Shown here piece after piece: positions 29,918 through 40,027 of a stretch of DNA of 64,000 nucleotides. This stretch comes from Candidatus Woesearchaeota archaeon CG10_big_fil_rev_8_21_14_0_10_37_12. GTDB lineage: Archaea; Nanobdellota; Nanobdellia; Woesearchaeales; ARS49. Both the position numbers and the translations under genes were made by a program. The stretch is taken from NCBI GenBank assembly GCA_002762795.1, contig PCYA01000014.1, positions 73,205 through 137,204 on the forward strand, given 5' to 3'. How positions within the stretch are numbered: position 1 is the first letter of the stretch; every line of letters begins with the position of its first letter. The notes beneath the pieces are model-generated. The model saw nothing but the letters and a program-made list of their open reading frames with translations, searched no databases and had not been told where the DNA came from.

Positions 29918-30664
29918 ATGATAAATCAAGCATTACAACGAATCGGTTTGACTGATGGTGAAATCAAGGTTTACCTCGCATTACTAGAGCTTGGTTCTAC
30001 TTCAACAGGAAAACTCACAAAAAAGTCAGGTATTTCTGGCTCGAAAGTTTACGAGGTTCTTGATCGTTTGATGAACAAAGGATTAGCAAGTTTCATAATA
30101 AAAAATGGCGTAAAATATTTCGAAGCTACAAGACCAGAGCGTTTGTTAGATTATCTTGATGAAAAAGAAAGCGAGATAGAAAAAGAAAAAGAAGAAGTGC
30201 AAAAGATTCTTCCTCAGCTTCTCTTGAAACAGAAATCCGCGCAGGAAAGCGTTGCAAAAATATTTACTGGATGGGAAGGGATTAAAACAGCAAATGAAGA
30301 TATTATTCAAACACTAAAAAAAGGTGAAGAGTGGTTGAGCATGGGTTTAACAGAGCAGCCAAAATCTTGGGAGCTTTATTTCACAAAAAGACAGGAAACA
30401 AGATCAAAAAAAGGAATTAAGCTCAAGCATTTGTTGAATGAAAAATACAAGGCATTATACAAAGAACGAAAAAAGTTGCCATATTCTGAATATCGCTTTC
30501 TTCCAAAAAGTTTTGAAATGCCAACGAGCACTGAAATTTACAAAGATAAAGTGCTCATTTTGATTTTAGCAAAAGAAAGTCCGATGGCTATTATGATTAA
30601 GAACAAAGCAGTCGCAGAAAGTTTTAGAAAATATTTTTATGCATTGTGGGAAAAAATGAAATAA
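29918..30664 (+). CDS. TrmB-like HTH transcriptional regulator
   Basis: GLT.GEIKVYLALL.LG...SKVY.VL.RL..KGL; C-terminal F...W. Confidence 0.9.
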   Translation: MINQALQRIGLTDGEIKVYLALLELGSTSTGKLTKKSGISGSKVYEVLDRLMNKGLASFIIKNGVKYFEATRPERLLDYLDEKESEIEKEKEEVQKILPQLLLKQKSAQESVAKIFTGWEGIKTANEDIIQTLKKGEEWLSMGLTEQPKSWELYFTKRQETRSKKGIKLKHLLNEKYKALYKERKKLPYSEYRFLPKSFEMPTSTEIYKDKVLILILAKESPMAIMIKNKAVAESFRKYFYALWEKMK

Positions 30665-31420
30665 TTATCTCTTACTTTGTTTCCACATTAAGTTAAAGTA
30701 TTCCATAAAACTGTTTGCTACATCTTGTGATTTGATGTTGATTGTAGTTATTTGTTTTCCGAATATAATGATAAATGTTCTGTCTTGGTAAATATTAATT
30801 GCAACTGGTGAAACGTGTGAAATGAAACGTATTTCTGTATCCTTGAATTTGAGTTTTTGATATCTTTCATCTATTGTTCCTCTGGCTGATTCGTTGTACA
30901 ACATTTTTGTTTTTAATTTTTTCTGGTTTCTTATGTGGTGCAATTTTTCAAAATACGCCAGCACGTCTGGTCGTTCTTGTGCGCGTGTTCCTCCGATGAC
31001 GTATGAAGTTTCTCCTTTTTTCATGCGTTCTATTTGTTCTCTGAAAACTAGTTCCATTCCTTTGAAGCCTGTTAACAGTTCTACTTCTTGTTCTTCTTTT
31101 GATGCGTTGAATTTAGCAAACAACGCCGGCAAAATCGCTGTCGCTTCGTCCTCCAACTCTTTTAGTTTTTGTTTTCGTTCTTCAAGATAAGATAGAATAT
31201 TTTTTGGGCTTGTCGGCTTGAAGTGTTTAATGTTTTTCTTAACGTAAATAGAAACAAGTCCTTTTGCTTGTAATCGTTCCAATATTTCGTATACTTTTGA
31301 CCCTGCTATTTGTGATTTGTTAACAATGTCTCCTCTTGTTGAATTTCCAAGATCAAGTAACGCCAAATAGACTTTTGCTTCTGATTCTGTTAATCCGATT
31401 TCCTGCAAAACCGTTATCAT
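30665..31420 (-). CDS. TrmB-like HTH transcriptional regulator
   Basis: Same family motifs; convergent with its paralog. Confidence 0.9.
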   Translation of the reverse strand: MITVLQEIGLTESEAKVYLALLDLGNSTRGDIVNKSQIAGSKVYEILERLQAKGLVSIYVKKNIKHFKPTSPKNILSYLEERKQKLKELEDEATAILPALFAKFNASKEEQEVELLTGFKGMELVFREQIERMKKGETSYVIGGTRAQERPDVLAYFEKLHHIRNQKKLKTKMLYNESARGTIDERYQKLKFKDTEIRFISHVSPVAINIYQDRTFIIIFGKQITTINIKSQDVANSFMEYFNLMWKQSKR

Positions 31421-31836
31421 TTTGATGCCTCAAATTGAAATATTTCTTCAGATGTGTAAACAGTAATTTGTTTTTGTTTCTCTTTTAATTTCTTATCATT
31501 CGACCAGATTGCACATTTTTGTTTTAATGCAAGTGCAACATAGTGAATATCGTCTGGGTCAGGAGATATTCCTGCTGCTTGGTCTTTTAAATTCTGAAAT
31601 TCTTCAAATGGAATTATATTGATTTTGCTGTGTGTTAATATATTAAATAAAATCTCCTTGATTTCTGGCTGAGATAATCCCGTTTTTTCTTTAATTTCCA
31701 ATATATGTTTATTTATTTCTTCAAAAACAAATTCAGGCACACAAAATGAATGATTGCTGAACAAAAGAAAATATCTTGTATAACTATCTTTAATTAAAGC
31801 TGAGAATATGATGTTGGCATCAATTACAAGCTCCAT
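31417..31836 (-). CDS. PIN-domain (VapC-like) toxin
   Basis: VIDANI, E, DPDD..Y.ALA and IWSND motifs. Confidence 0.9.
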   Translation of the reverse strand: MELVIDANIIFSALIKDSYTRYFLLFSNHSFCVPEFVFEEINKHILEIKEKTGLSQPEIKEILFNILTHSKINIIPFEEFQNLKDQAAGISPDPDDIHYVALALKQKCAIWSNDKKLKEKQKQITVYTSEEIFQFEASK

Positions 31837-32064
31837 CTATTGTCCTGCAAGAAAGCGTTTTGCTACTACTTTGTTGATTTTTCTGCCAAGTTCTAAAGCA
31901 TCTTTTTCAGTAAGCTTACTTTTTGATACGATTTCATCCATCTTTTTCAAGATAATTAATCTTTCTCGTATTGCTTGCCGAGCTACCTCTGACCAGTTCA
32001 TTTCTGGATGATTATCCATTTCCGACTTCATTTCTTCAGGTACTGCTAAAGTTATACTAACCAT
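31837..32064 (-). CDS. Ribbon-helix-helix antitoxin
   Basis: ITLAVPEE.K..M..HPE.NWSEVAR.AI; adjacent to the PIN gene; AGGTGA RBS. Confidence 0.85.
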   Translation of the reverse strand: MVSITLAVPEEMKSEMDNHPEMNWSEVARQAIRERLIILKKMDEIVSKSKLTEKDALELGRKINKVVAKRFLAGQ

Positions 32065-32194
32065 TTTATCACCTACGTTTAATACGTGTGATATGTATAT
32101 AAACATTTCTCTGTTCTTAGAGCAATATAAGTCCCCCTTTAGGGCAACCTAATATTTAAATATTTGCTTCCAATTAATAGATTTGGTGATTACA

Positions 32195-33271
32195 ATGAAA
32201 CAAACAGCGATAACAACTACTGCAATTCTGCTTTTATTTTTAGCAGGTTGTGTAATAGAAACAAGTAAAGAAGACACAATAAAGCTTGGCGCGATTATGA
32301 GTTTAACAGGTTTTGCGTCAGATTACGGAACAAATTCTCAGAAAGGCGCTCAATTAGCTGTTGAAGAAATCAATGCGAATGGTGGAATTAACGGCAAACA
32401 AATAGAATTAATTTTTGAAGATGATCGCACTGATGGGAAAGCTGCTGTTTCGGGAGCTACAAAATTAATTGAAATTGATAACGTTGATGCAATTATTGGA
32501 GGAACATGGGATTTAAGCTTAGAACCAATTGCTCCATTAGCAGACCAGCACAACATAATCATCATCAACCCTTCAACAGGAAACACAAAAGATACAAGAC
32601 TTGCAAAAAATGTTTTTATCACATGGCCTGCTATAAAATATCAAGTATATGAATTAGAAGAAACATTAACACAGGAAAACATCACAACAGCCGTTGTTAT
32701 TAGAAATGCTGGTGCGTGGTCTCAATCACAAGAAACACATCTGGAAAAACTCCTGGAAAAAATAAATGGGAGTATCCTGAAACTAATGATTGGTTATGAA
32801 GTTGATAATAATGATTTCCGTTCTGAGATAAGTATCGCTAAACAATTAAATCCAGATTTGTTATATCTCGGTCTTGGTTATAACGATGCTGCAAATGTAG
32901 TGCAGTTCACTCAAGAGCAGGATTTTCATCCAGTAATCGTAACATTAAGCGGCGCTTTTGAATACGCTATTGAAAAAGGAAGTATCAAGAAAGAACACCT
33001 CAAAAAAACATACATTCCAGACGTTATCCCAAACGAAAATACAGAGTTTTACAAAAAGTTTGAAACAAGATTTGGTAAACCTCCGGGAATTACTGCTGAT
33101 ACTGCATACAAAGCAGTAATGCTCCTTGCAGAAGCGTGGGAGAAAACAGGAACAACAAACACAGATGAAGTTCGAGATTACCTAAACTCGCTTGACTTCT
33201 TTGATGAGAATGGTGATGCAAAAAAACCTGTTCCAGTGCGAAAAATTGAGAGCAGAACGTATGTTGAATAA
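32195..33271 (+). CDS. LivJ-like binding lipoprotein
   Basis: LAGC lipobox, LAVEEIN..GGING and EDD motifs. Confidence 0.9.
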   Translation: MKQTAITTTAILLLFLAGCVIETSKEDTIKLGAIMSLTGFASDYGTNSQKGAQLAVEEINANGGINGKQIELIFEDDRTDGKAAVSGATKLIEIDNVDAIIGGTWDLSLEPIAPLADQHNIIIINPSTGNTKDTRLAKNVFITWPAIKYQVYELEETLTQENITTAVVIRNAGAWSQSQETHLEKLLEKINGSILKLMIGYEVDNNDFRSEISIAKQLNPDLLYLGLGYNDAANVVQFTQEQDFHPVIVTLSGAFEYAIEKGSIKKEHLKKTYIPDVIPNENTEFYKKFETRFGKPPGITADTAYKAVMLLAEAWEKTGTTNTDEVRDYLNSLDFFDENGDAKKPVPVRKIESRTYVE

Positions 33272-33314
33272 CTGAAAGCAAAAAAATAAATAGGGGTATT
33301 ACTTTGTTTAATAA

Positions 33315-33695
33315 ATGAAACAAGTTCCAGGCTCATTAAGAAATTGGTTCACCATCCACTTCATAGCCGATATTATTTTTGCAGTTTCGTTGTTATTTTT
33401 TCCAGAATATTTTCTTTCATTTTTTGGTTTTAACACGGCAGAACCACTGCTTGCCAGATTAGTCGGGGCTGCATTAATCGGAATTGGTGGAACTTCATTG
33501 TTAATGAGAACCAAATCTGTTGAGAGTTTTCAAACAATGCTTACTTTGAAAATATTGTGGTCGTACACTGCAATTATTTGTTTTGTAGTTGCACTGTTCC
33601 AAGGAAGTCCAGCAATTACGTGGTTGTTTCTTGCTATTTTTGTGTTGTTTGCAATTGTTTGGACGTATTATAAAAGAAAGTTACAAACCAAGTAG
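33315..33695 (+). CDS. Small 4-TM membrane protein
   Basis: Four hydrophobic helices; RLVGAAL.GIG. Confidence 0.75.
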   Translation: MKQVPGSLRNWFTIHFIADIIFAVSLLFFPEYFLSFFGFNTAEPLLARLVGAALIGIGGTSLLMRTKSVESFQTMLTLKILWSYTAIICFVVALFQGSPAITWLFLAIFVLFAIVWTYYKRKLQTK

Positions 33696-33807
33696 TTTTT
33701 TAAGCTGTTAATATTTTTATCTCTCATATTACTTTTTTAATTTGTTTCAAGTATAAATAAGTGACCAATACCTTTTTAAACAAAAACCTGGCTTTTTCTC
33801 ATTAACC

Positions 33808-33881
33808 GGCGATGTAGCTCAGCCTGGTAGAGCACTGGTTTCATAAGCCAGGGGTCGCGTGTTCAAAGCACGCCATCGCCA
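33808..33881 (+). tRNA. tRNA with CAT anticodon (elongator Met; Ile2 not excluded)
   Basis: Cloverleaf with CTGGT-TT CAT AA-GCCAG; G1:C72 and no triple G-C anticodon stem, so not the initiator. Confidence 0.9.
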
Positions 33882-33882
33882 T

Positions 33883-34821
33883 TTATTTTCTAACTATTTT
33901 TTCAAGTGGATATCTGTTCACAAACATCCAGTCTTTTACGTTGTAAACTTCCCAGTCTAGCAAGTTATCTCCTAATGTGTCAGCAATTATTTCAAGGACT
34001 TGTTTGTATTCTTCAAATGTTTTGGCAAATATTTGTGTGAAAAAAGTTCCTTGCTCTAATTCCAATAAGTAAGGTATTTTCTTAGCTTTTTCAAAAATTT
34101 GAAGTGCTTGTGCGTATGAAGTATTCTTTGTTTTGATCAGTAACATATCTACTTGTGTGTGAAATTTTGTTCTGCTTGGCTGCGCAAGGAATAAAGGGAA
34201 GAATCCTTGTTTTTGAAGTTTTTTGAAGCGATACATAACAACATCATAGGTTAATTTTGTTTTTCGCGCAAGTTCAAGCATTGAATCTCTTCCTCCCCCA
34301 TGTCCAAGAACAGTTACAATTTTTACGTCTTTTTCGTCGAGATCAATCTTTTTTGGTCTCTTCACAGGTTTATTTTTCATCTTTATCGGAATATCATATA
34401 CTGAAAAGGGAATGAATGTTTCCTTGCTCATAACATGTGTTTCAAAAGTGATTGCGATCTGTTCAAAATATTTAATTAATTGTTTTCTTTCTTTGTCAGT
34501 CAGAAATGTTAGTAATGCATAGTTCATTTTATGCAGCAAATGAAACAATCCTGTTACTGCTTTATTTTTAGTAATTTCTTGTTCAAATGATTTTAGCTTA
34601 TTAATGGGAATTTGAACAAAAAATAGCTCGACTGGCAAAGGCAGCATATCCCATTGAAGAATTGCATCATATCCTGAAATATAGCCTTCTTTTTCCAAGC
34701 GTTGAATTCTGTAAACAACTGTTGACTGCGAAAGCTTTGTTAGTTTTGATAGTTTTGTTGTTGATATTCTGCAATTATGGGTTAAATTTTCAAATATGAT
34801 TTGGTCTTTTTTGTCCAACAT
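33883..34821 (-). CDS. Tandem (double) Lrp/AsnC-family regulator
   Basis: LDKKD..I...L..N.R...V.YRI.RLE, plus a second LDEKD...YRFKKL repeat. Confidence 0.85.
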   Translation of the reverse strand: MLDKKDQIIFENLTHNCRISTTKLSKLTKLSQSTVVYRIQRLEKEGYISGYDAILQWDMLPLPVELFFVQIPINKLKSFEQEITKNKAVTGLFHLLHKMNYALLTFLTDKERKQLIKYFEQIAITFETHVMSKETFIPFSVYDIPIKMKNKPVKRPKKIDLDEKDVKIVTVLGHGGGRDSMLELARKTKLTYDVVMYRFKKLQKQGFFPLFLAQPSRTKFHTQVDMLLIKTKNTSYAQALQIFEKAKKIPYLLELEQGTFFTQIFAKTFEEYKQVLEIIADTLGDNLLDWEVYNVKDWMFVNRYPLEKIVRK

Positions 34822-34928
34822 AAGAAGATAAATGACTGTTCTTTTTTTAAATTTTCCTAAATTTATCGAAAAAGAGGCAAAAAAGTTGATATATTAGATG
34901 AGCTACTGTATTTTCGGTGGTAAAAATC

Positions 34929-36020
34929 ATGAAGAAATTCGTACTCAGTATTCTGGCATTTATTTTTTTATTCTCATGTGCATCTCAAAGTGATGAAGTC
35001 GTTATTGGTGCTATTTTCCCATTAACTGGCGATTACTCATCTATGGGCGAAAGTTACTTGTCTGCATTAGAGATTGCTGCAGAACAAGCAAATGTTAAAT
35101 TTATAGTTGAGAACGAGGGTAGTTGTGATGTAAAATCTGCATTAACTGCTGCACAAAAACTTGTGACTATTGACAAGGTTGATTTTTTAATTGGTCCTGT
35201 TTGTTTAATCACATTTAATGCTGTGTTGCCGTTTGCTGAAGAAAATAATATTGCAATGTTTGGTCCTTCAGTTGATCAAACTATTATTGATGAACAAAGC
35301 GAGACGTATAAAAATGTTGCAGTTGGTTTGTATCCTGCATTTCATAAAACGTGGTATCAACTTGCAGAAGAAGCATACAAAAAAGGGAAAAAAATTGCCG
35401 TTCTACAAACTGTTGATGAAGGTCCTGAACGAAATGTTGCAAAATTCACGGATAAATATGAAGAACTTGGTGGAGATATTATTTTGCATGAGCGTGTTGA
35501 TGCTGGTACAAAAGATTTCAGAACATTGCTTTTGAAGCTTGACAATTTAGCCAAGAAGAAGTCTGGCTTAATTATTTGGCCGCATTTAGCCAGAGACGAT
35601 AGAATTTTGTTCTATAAACAAAAAGACGAACTAAATGTCTTGCAAGGAGCTTATTTATTAGGAGATTTGTTTATTGATCTTGAATTACAGCCATTTTTGG
35701 ATGCGTTAGGAGAAGAAACATTAGAAGGTGTTATATCTACAACATACAAAGATGCTATGTCTGAAGAGTTCAAAAAAGCATTAAAAAACAAATTTAATGT
35801 TGATCCTGTTCTTGGAACCGATAACGTGTATGACGCAGTAGTTCATGGTTCTGAAATTAGTAAAGACTGCAATAAAAATTCTGAATGTATAATTTCAAGA
35901 TTCAAAAATACAGATTATGCTGGCGTCTCTGGAAAGTTAGAGTTTGATGAAACAGGCAACAGAGTTGGAACAGTTGTGACAAGAATACTAAATAATGGAA
36001 CGTTTGTGATTAAAAATTAG
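34929..36020 (+). CDS. LivJ-like binding lipoprotein
   Basis: LFSC lipobox, IGAIFPLTG, C...IGPVC, DFRT.L and F...G.R motifs; divergent from the Lrp gene. Confidence 0.88.
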   Translation: MKKFVLSILAFIFLFSCASQSDEVVIGAIFPLTGDYSSMGESYLSALEIAAEQANVKFIVENEGSCDVKSALTAAQKLVTIDKVDFLIGPVCLITFNAVLPFAEENNIAMFGPSVDQTIIDEQSETYKNVAVGLYPAFHKTWYQLAEEAYKKGKKIAVLQTVDEGPERNVAKFTDKYEELGGDIILHERVDAGTKDFRTLLLKLDNLAKKKSGLIIWPHLARDDRILFYKQKDELNVLQGAYLLGDLFIDLELQPFLDALGEETLEGVISTTYKDAMSEEFKKALKNKFNVDPVLGTDNVYDAVVHGSEISKDCNKNSECIISRFKNTDYAGVSGKLEFDETGNRVGTVVTRILNNGTFVIKN

Positions 36021-36466
36021 TAACCTTTATCAACTCCAAATAATTGCATTTGTTGCACGTCCCAAAGTAAAGGTGTCGTAGTATCAGTTTTTCTGAACTC
36101 AACTATTTCTCCATACCATGGAGGCACATCTTCTATTGAGTGTTCAAGCAAGGGTCCTGTTCTGTTCCATTTAGAAATTACTCTGTAACTATCATACCTT
36201 CCAAAATGAACTGGGCTTTTTTGACGTCCTGTTTCCCTATAAAGTGCAATGCCTGGTTGCGGATTTCCTTGTCCTGTTAAAGACTGTAATGTTGCTATTG
36301 TTTCATCTGTTGCAGGAACTCCCAACTGTTGTAAAATATAATGTCCGCAATCATATGTTGCGCCAGTTTCAATAATTATGATTCCAAATCTGGTTAATTC
36401 ATCATATTTTCCAGCCTTAACAATTTCCCCAATATCATGTCTTCTTTGCGTTTGTTCAATGCGCAT
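36017..36466 (-). CDS. Hypothetical protein, possible Cys-His hydrolase
   Basis: YDCGHY...VHFG....SKW...H....P..YG pattern. Confidence 0.6.
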   Translation of the reverse strand: MRIEQTQRRHDIGEIVKAGKYDELTRFGIIIIETGATYDCGHYILQQLGVPATDETIATLQSLTGQGNPQPGIALYRETGRQKSPVHFGRYDSYRVISKWNRTGPLLEHSIEDVPPWYGEIVEFRKTDTTTPLLWDVQQMQLFGVDKGY

Positions 36467-36568
36467 ACTTAATTAGAACGGTGATTTTTTATAAGGTTAC
36501 TGGTCTAAAAAACATCCATGATGAAAATCATTAGTTTTATAAATAACTTAAAGCGAAAAAATCAGTAT

Positions 36569-36693
36569 GCTGACGTCGCGTAATCTGGTATCGCACAAGC
36601 CTGGAAATTTGCGAGTTCACGAGCAAAATTCGGGAATTCCTTCACGAGAGCTTGACCCGCAAGGGTATCCCGGTTCAAATCCGGGCGTCAGCG
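36569..36693 (+). tRNA. tRNA-Ser(GGA) with 42-nt intron (36607-36648)
   Basis: Acceptor GCTGACG/CGTCAGC, G73, anticodon arm CAAGC-CT GGA A[intron]A-GCTTG, long variable arm ACCC GCAA GGGT. Confidence 0.9.
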
Positions 36694-36820
36694 TTTTCAA
36701 GTACCAAGAGAACAAAGTTCTCTGGTCCAGAAAAGCAAAGCTTTTCGGAATACGGGTCGCTGCATTTTTATAAATTCTTTAACCACAACCTTTTTAAACT
36801 AGCTATTTGAGTATACAAGT

Positions 36821-37309
36821 ATGGGGCAATATGATAGTTTAGTGGACTCGGCAATGAAGATTGGCTTATCTGTAGCAGTAGCTGTAAGTGCTGGTTATGA
36901 AGGGCTTGTTAAACCTCTGTTGAGAAAATATGATTCTGAAAGAAATACTGTAAAAGCGTATGATGCTCAGTTAGATCGCGAATTAGTAGACATAAGAACA
37001 CAAAACTTAAGACGCACAGCATTGGACACAGAGTTGCAAAGAAGAGGATTTCGATTAGAAGGTGTTTCTTTAGATGATGCAATAACTGCTTCAAAATTTT
37101 TTGAGCATGATCCGACAAAGGTTGTTGCGTGTAGTTGTAGTTATGGTGCTGATATTAGAAAACTGGATTTTGATGGAAACGGCGTTATAACTCCTGACGA
37201 AGTTAGTGGGTATGTTGCGTTTGCTGGCGCAGTTGACGCACTAGTTGCTGATGTTTCACGCATTCCAATAGAAACAAGAGGAAGAAGAGTTGTTCCTCAA
37301 GGCCGATAA
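36821..37309 (+). CDS. Hypothetical membrane-anchored protein with EF-hand-like motif
   Basis: N-terminal hydrophobic helix; DFDGNGVITPDE. Confidence 0.65.
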   Translation: MGQYDSLVDSAMKIGLSVAVAVSAGYEGLVKPLLRKYDSERNTVKAYDAQLDRELVDIRTQNLRRTALDTELQRRGFRLEGVSLDDAITASKFFEHDPTKVVACSCSYGADIRKLDFDGNGVITPDEVSGYVAFAGAVDALVADVSRIPIETRGRRVVPQGR

Positions 37310-37888
37310 TCATTTCTTCCAGACAGCCAATAAAAACCAATAAATCAAAAATAAGTGTATTGCCATTAACAATGGCCATGTTAACTGGTATTCTGGTAAA
37401 AATGATAGTACACCGCAGGAATAAAACAAGCAATTCAAATTGTATTCTGTTCCCCAAAAGAAAGACAAAGGATACAAAGTAAAATAATGTATTCCGCTGC
37501 CAATCCATGCTTGTTTTATTGGTCCGCCAAGAATATAAAGTGCGTATAGTCCAAGCGGCAAGAAAAGAATGTGCTGCAAACTGTACAAGTGTATCCAGTT
37601 AAATGTTCCTGCATCAGTAAACATATAAGTTGTTATACCAAAAAGATATTCTCCAGTAAATAATCGCATTAAGAAGTCAATGCTCCAAATTAGTTCAGGA
37701 ATAAATCCGATGCACAGTTCTGCAAACACCCAGAATCTGCTTCCAAAAAGAACTGCTAATCCAAGAATGATGAATGTGTGGTTGCTAAACCAGACAATAT
37801 AATGCGGTTTGAGAAACAGTAAAAATGAAAGTACAGGAAGTAAACCAATCAACAACAACACACTTCCGAGGAGTTGTTGTTTGTTCAT
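37310..37888 (-). CDS. Multi-pass membrane protein
   Basis: About 6 TM with WFSNH, E..W.IDF, H and N.NC; ATGA overlap with the helicase gene. Confidence 0.75.
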   Translation of the reverse strand: MNKQQLLGSVLLLIGLLPVLSFLLFLKPHYIVWFSNHTFIILGLAVLFGSRFWVFAELCIGFIPELIWSIDFLMRLFTGEYLFGITTYMFTDAGTFNWIHLYSLQHILFLPLGLYALYILGGPIKQAWIGSGIHYFTLYPLSFFWGTEYNLNCLFYSCGVLSFLPEYQLTWPLLMAIHLFLIYWFLLAVWKK

Positions 37889-39981
37889 CCCCACAACACG
37901 TCCAGCAATTGTTTTCCGTATCTTTGTGTTTTTGCTGGTCCAAATCCATGAACTGATTGCAGTTCAATTATATTCTGTGGTTTCATTTCTGCCAGCGAAT
38001 AGAGTGTTTTGTCATGCATTATTAAGAAAGCAGGAACGCCTAATTCGTTTGCTGTTTGTGTTCTCCATTCTTTAAGTTTTACTATCGTGTCTGCTGCGTG
38101 AATGGTCTTGCTACTTTGGATTTTATAGAGTGGTTTTTGTGATTCTTCGTTTGTTTTTGTCACGTGTTTTTGCATTTCTTGCGTGAAAAACCTGCTTAGT
38201 GTTCCTGTGTATGTTACATAGATGTGTTGTTTTGTTCTGCTTAGTGCAACGTAAAATAGACGTTTTTCTTCTTCTTCCTTGTCGTAGTCAACGTATTGAA
38301 TTAAGTCTATTATGGGGTGGTCTGATGTTTTGCAGGGAAAATAGTTTGTGTTGCAACCAGTTAAAAATACTGTTTCTGCTTCTAGTCCTTTGATTGCGTG
38401 GATTGTTGCAAGAGTGACTGCGCCGTTAACATCTTCGCTTGGATTTCGTAATTCGTCTGTTTTTACAATGTGTGGTATGTTGTGCGCTTTGAATTGTTCA
38501 GATAGTTGTGTGAGTTGTTTGTTTGTTCTGGCAAGTACAAATAGTTCATCTAAAGGACAGTCAGCATTTTTTATTTTGTCAATGATCAATGCGTTTTCTT
38601 CTTGTTCTGTGTTGCATTTGAGGAGGTAGATGTTGCTATCTTTAGCATTTAGGCTTTCTAAGTCTGGAAGGTGCATGTCTTTGATTGATTCATTAATAAA
38701 TTTGACAATTGGTTTTGTGCTTCGGTAATTAACTTGTAATGGTATGATGTTGCTATCCGGGTATTTTTCTTCAAAGTTGAGGATGTGTTGTATTTTTGAT
38801 CCTCTCCATCCGAAGATGCTTTGTCTGGGGTCTCCTACGCAGAATAGGTTTTCTGGATGTAATAATTTAAGGAGTTCTATTTGTGCTTCATTTACGTCTT
38901 GATACTCATCTACTAGGACGTGAGTATATTGAGTTATGTGCTGAGGGGATTTTTTGAAAAATGTGATTGTGTCTAAGAGTTGGTCTGTGAAGTCTCGCAG
39001 TCCGTTGTTTTTCATGTGATGTTCAAGAAAAGTGCACACTTTATGGATCATTTTTGCACTGTTTGCGTGTTTGTGATCTATGATAAATGGTTCTAAAGGT
39101 TTGTTTTGTAGTTTGAAATAATCAAGAATTGTAAAGCAGTCGTGCATTATGTTACGCATGAGTTGTTCTTCTGTTTTGCTTCTTTGTTGTCCGATTGTGT
39201 AATAAGTTTGTATCACGTTTTGAGGGTTGATGGAAAGATTGTTTAGTGCAAGTCTGAATGCGCGCATTTTGTCTGCATAGGTCATGACGTGAACAGGTTT
39301 TCCGTATATTTCTTGAGTGTATTTTCGTAATATTTTTTCGCAGAATGAATTGAATGTTTCCACATGGAAGTTTGTTGTTCCCAATCTGCGCATCATTTCT
39401 TGTCGTGCTTTTCGCGTGAATGTGATTGCGAGAATATTTTGTTCGTTTATTCCTTTGTATTTTGTTAAGAACTCGATGCGTTTTGTTAGCACTGTTGTTT
39501 TTCCTGATCCTGCGCCGGCAATGCAGAGAATGTGCTTTGCAGGAGATGTGATTGCTTTTTTTTGTGCTTCATTGAATTGGTTGAGAAAGAAGTCAAATGC
39601 GTTGAACAGTTCTTTTTCTTGTTTGCTGATTTGCAGTTCATATGTTTGTGCAGCGTGTGCAAGTTTCTTTTTGTGCAGTGTTGGACTTTTGAGTTCTTGT
39701 TTTCCTTTTTCTGTTAATTGAAGCACCTTTGCAAATGTGTTTGTTGGTATGGAAATTTGCTCAATGAGATTGTTTAATAACAGGTTTTGTAGGATGTCTG
39801 CAAGTTCTTCTTTCGTGTATGCCATGGTCGCATAGCTTGGAAGTTTTTGGAGTTTGTTACGTTCTATACTATCATTTGTTTTGCCTTGAAGAAAGGTTAT
39901 GAGTAGTTGTTTTCCTACAGGAAATGGTATTTCAGAAAGCGCTCGTAATATGGTCAGATAATCAAGCTCTTTTTTTGTCAT
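37885..39981 (-). CDS. UvrD/Rep-family helicase with N-terminal RQC-like and C-terminal HRDC domains
   Basis: AGAGSGKTT, VDEYQD, VGDPRQSIFGWRG, NYRS, TIHAIKGLE and EEKRLFYVA motifs; HRDC-like LK.WR...A....VPAF.I..D.TL; winged-helix-like N-terminus. Confidence 0.9.
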   Translation of the reverse strand: MTKKELDYLTILRALSEIPFPVGKQLLITFLQGKTNDSIERNKLQKLPSYATMAYTKEELADILQNLLLNNLIEQISIPTNTFAKVLQLTEKGKQELKSPTLHKKKLAHAAQTYELQISKQEKELFNAFDFFLNQFNEAQKKAITSPAKHILCIAGAGSGKTTVLTKRIEFLTKYKGINEQNILAITFTRKARQEMMRRLGTTNFHVETFNSFCEKILRKYTQEIYGKPVHVMTYADKMRAFRLALNNLSINPQNVIQTYYTIGQQRSKTEEQLMRNIMHDCFTILDYFKLQNKPLEPFIIDHKHANSAKMIHKVCTFLEHHMKNNGLRDFTDQLLDTITFFKKSPQHITQYTHVLVDEYQDVNEAQIELLKLLHPENLFCVGDPRQSIFGWRGSKIQHILNFEEKYPDSNIIPLQVNYRSTKPIVKFINESIKDMHLPDLESLNAKDSNIYLLKCNTEQEENALIIDKIKNADCPLDELFVLARTNKQLTQLSEQFKAHNIPHIVKTDELRNPSEDVNGAVTLATIHAIKGLEAETVFLTGCNTNYFPCKTSDHPIIDLIQYVDYDKEEEEKRLFYVALSRTKQHIYVTYTGTLSRFFTQEMQKHVTKTNEESQKPLYKIQSSKTIHAADTIVKLKEWRTQTANELGVPAFLIMHDKTLYSLAEMKPQNIIELQSVHGFGPAKTQRYGKQLLDVLWG

Positions 39982-40027
39982 GAACTTTCTGATTCTGACA
40001 TTTTAATAAATGTTGCTGTTTGTTTAT

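Noticed and set aside
33808-33881. Initiator tRNA-Met
   Set aside because: Lacks A1:U72 and the three consecutive G-C pairs in the anticodon stem.
36567-36773. 68-aa ORF
   Set aside because: Coincides with the intron-containing tRNA-Ser.
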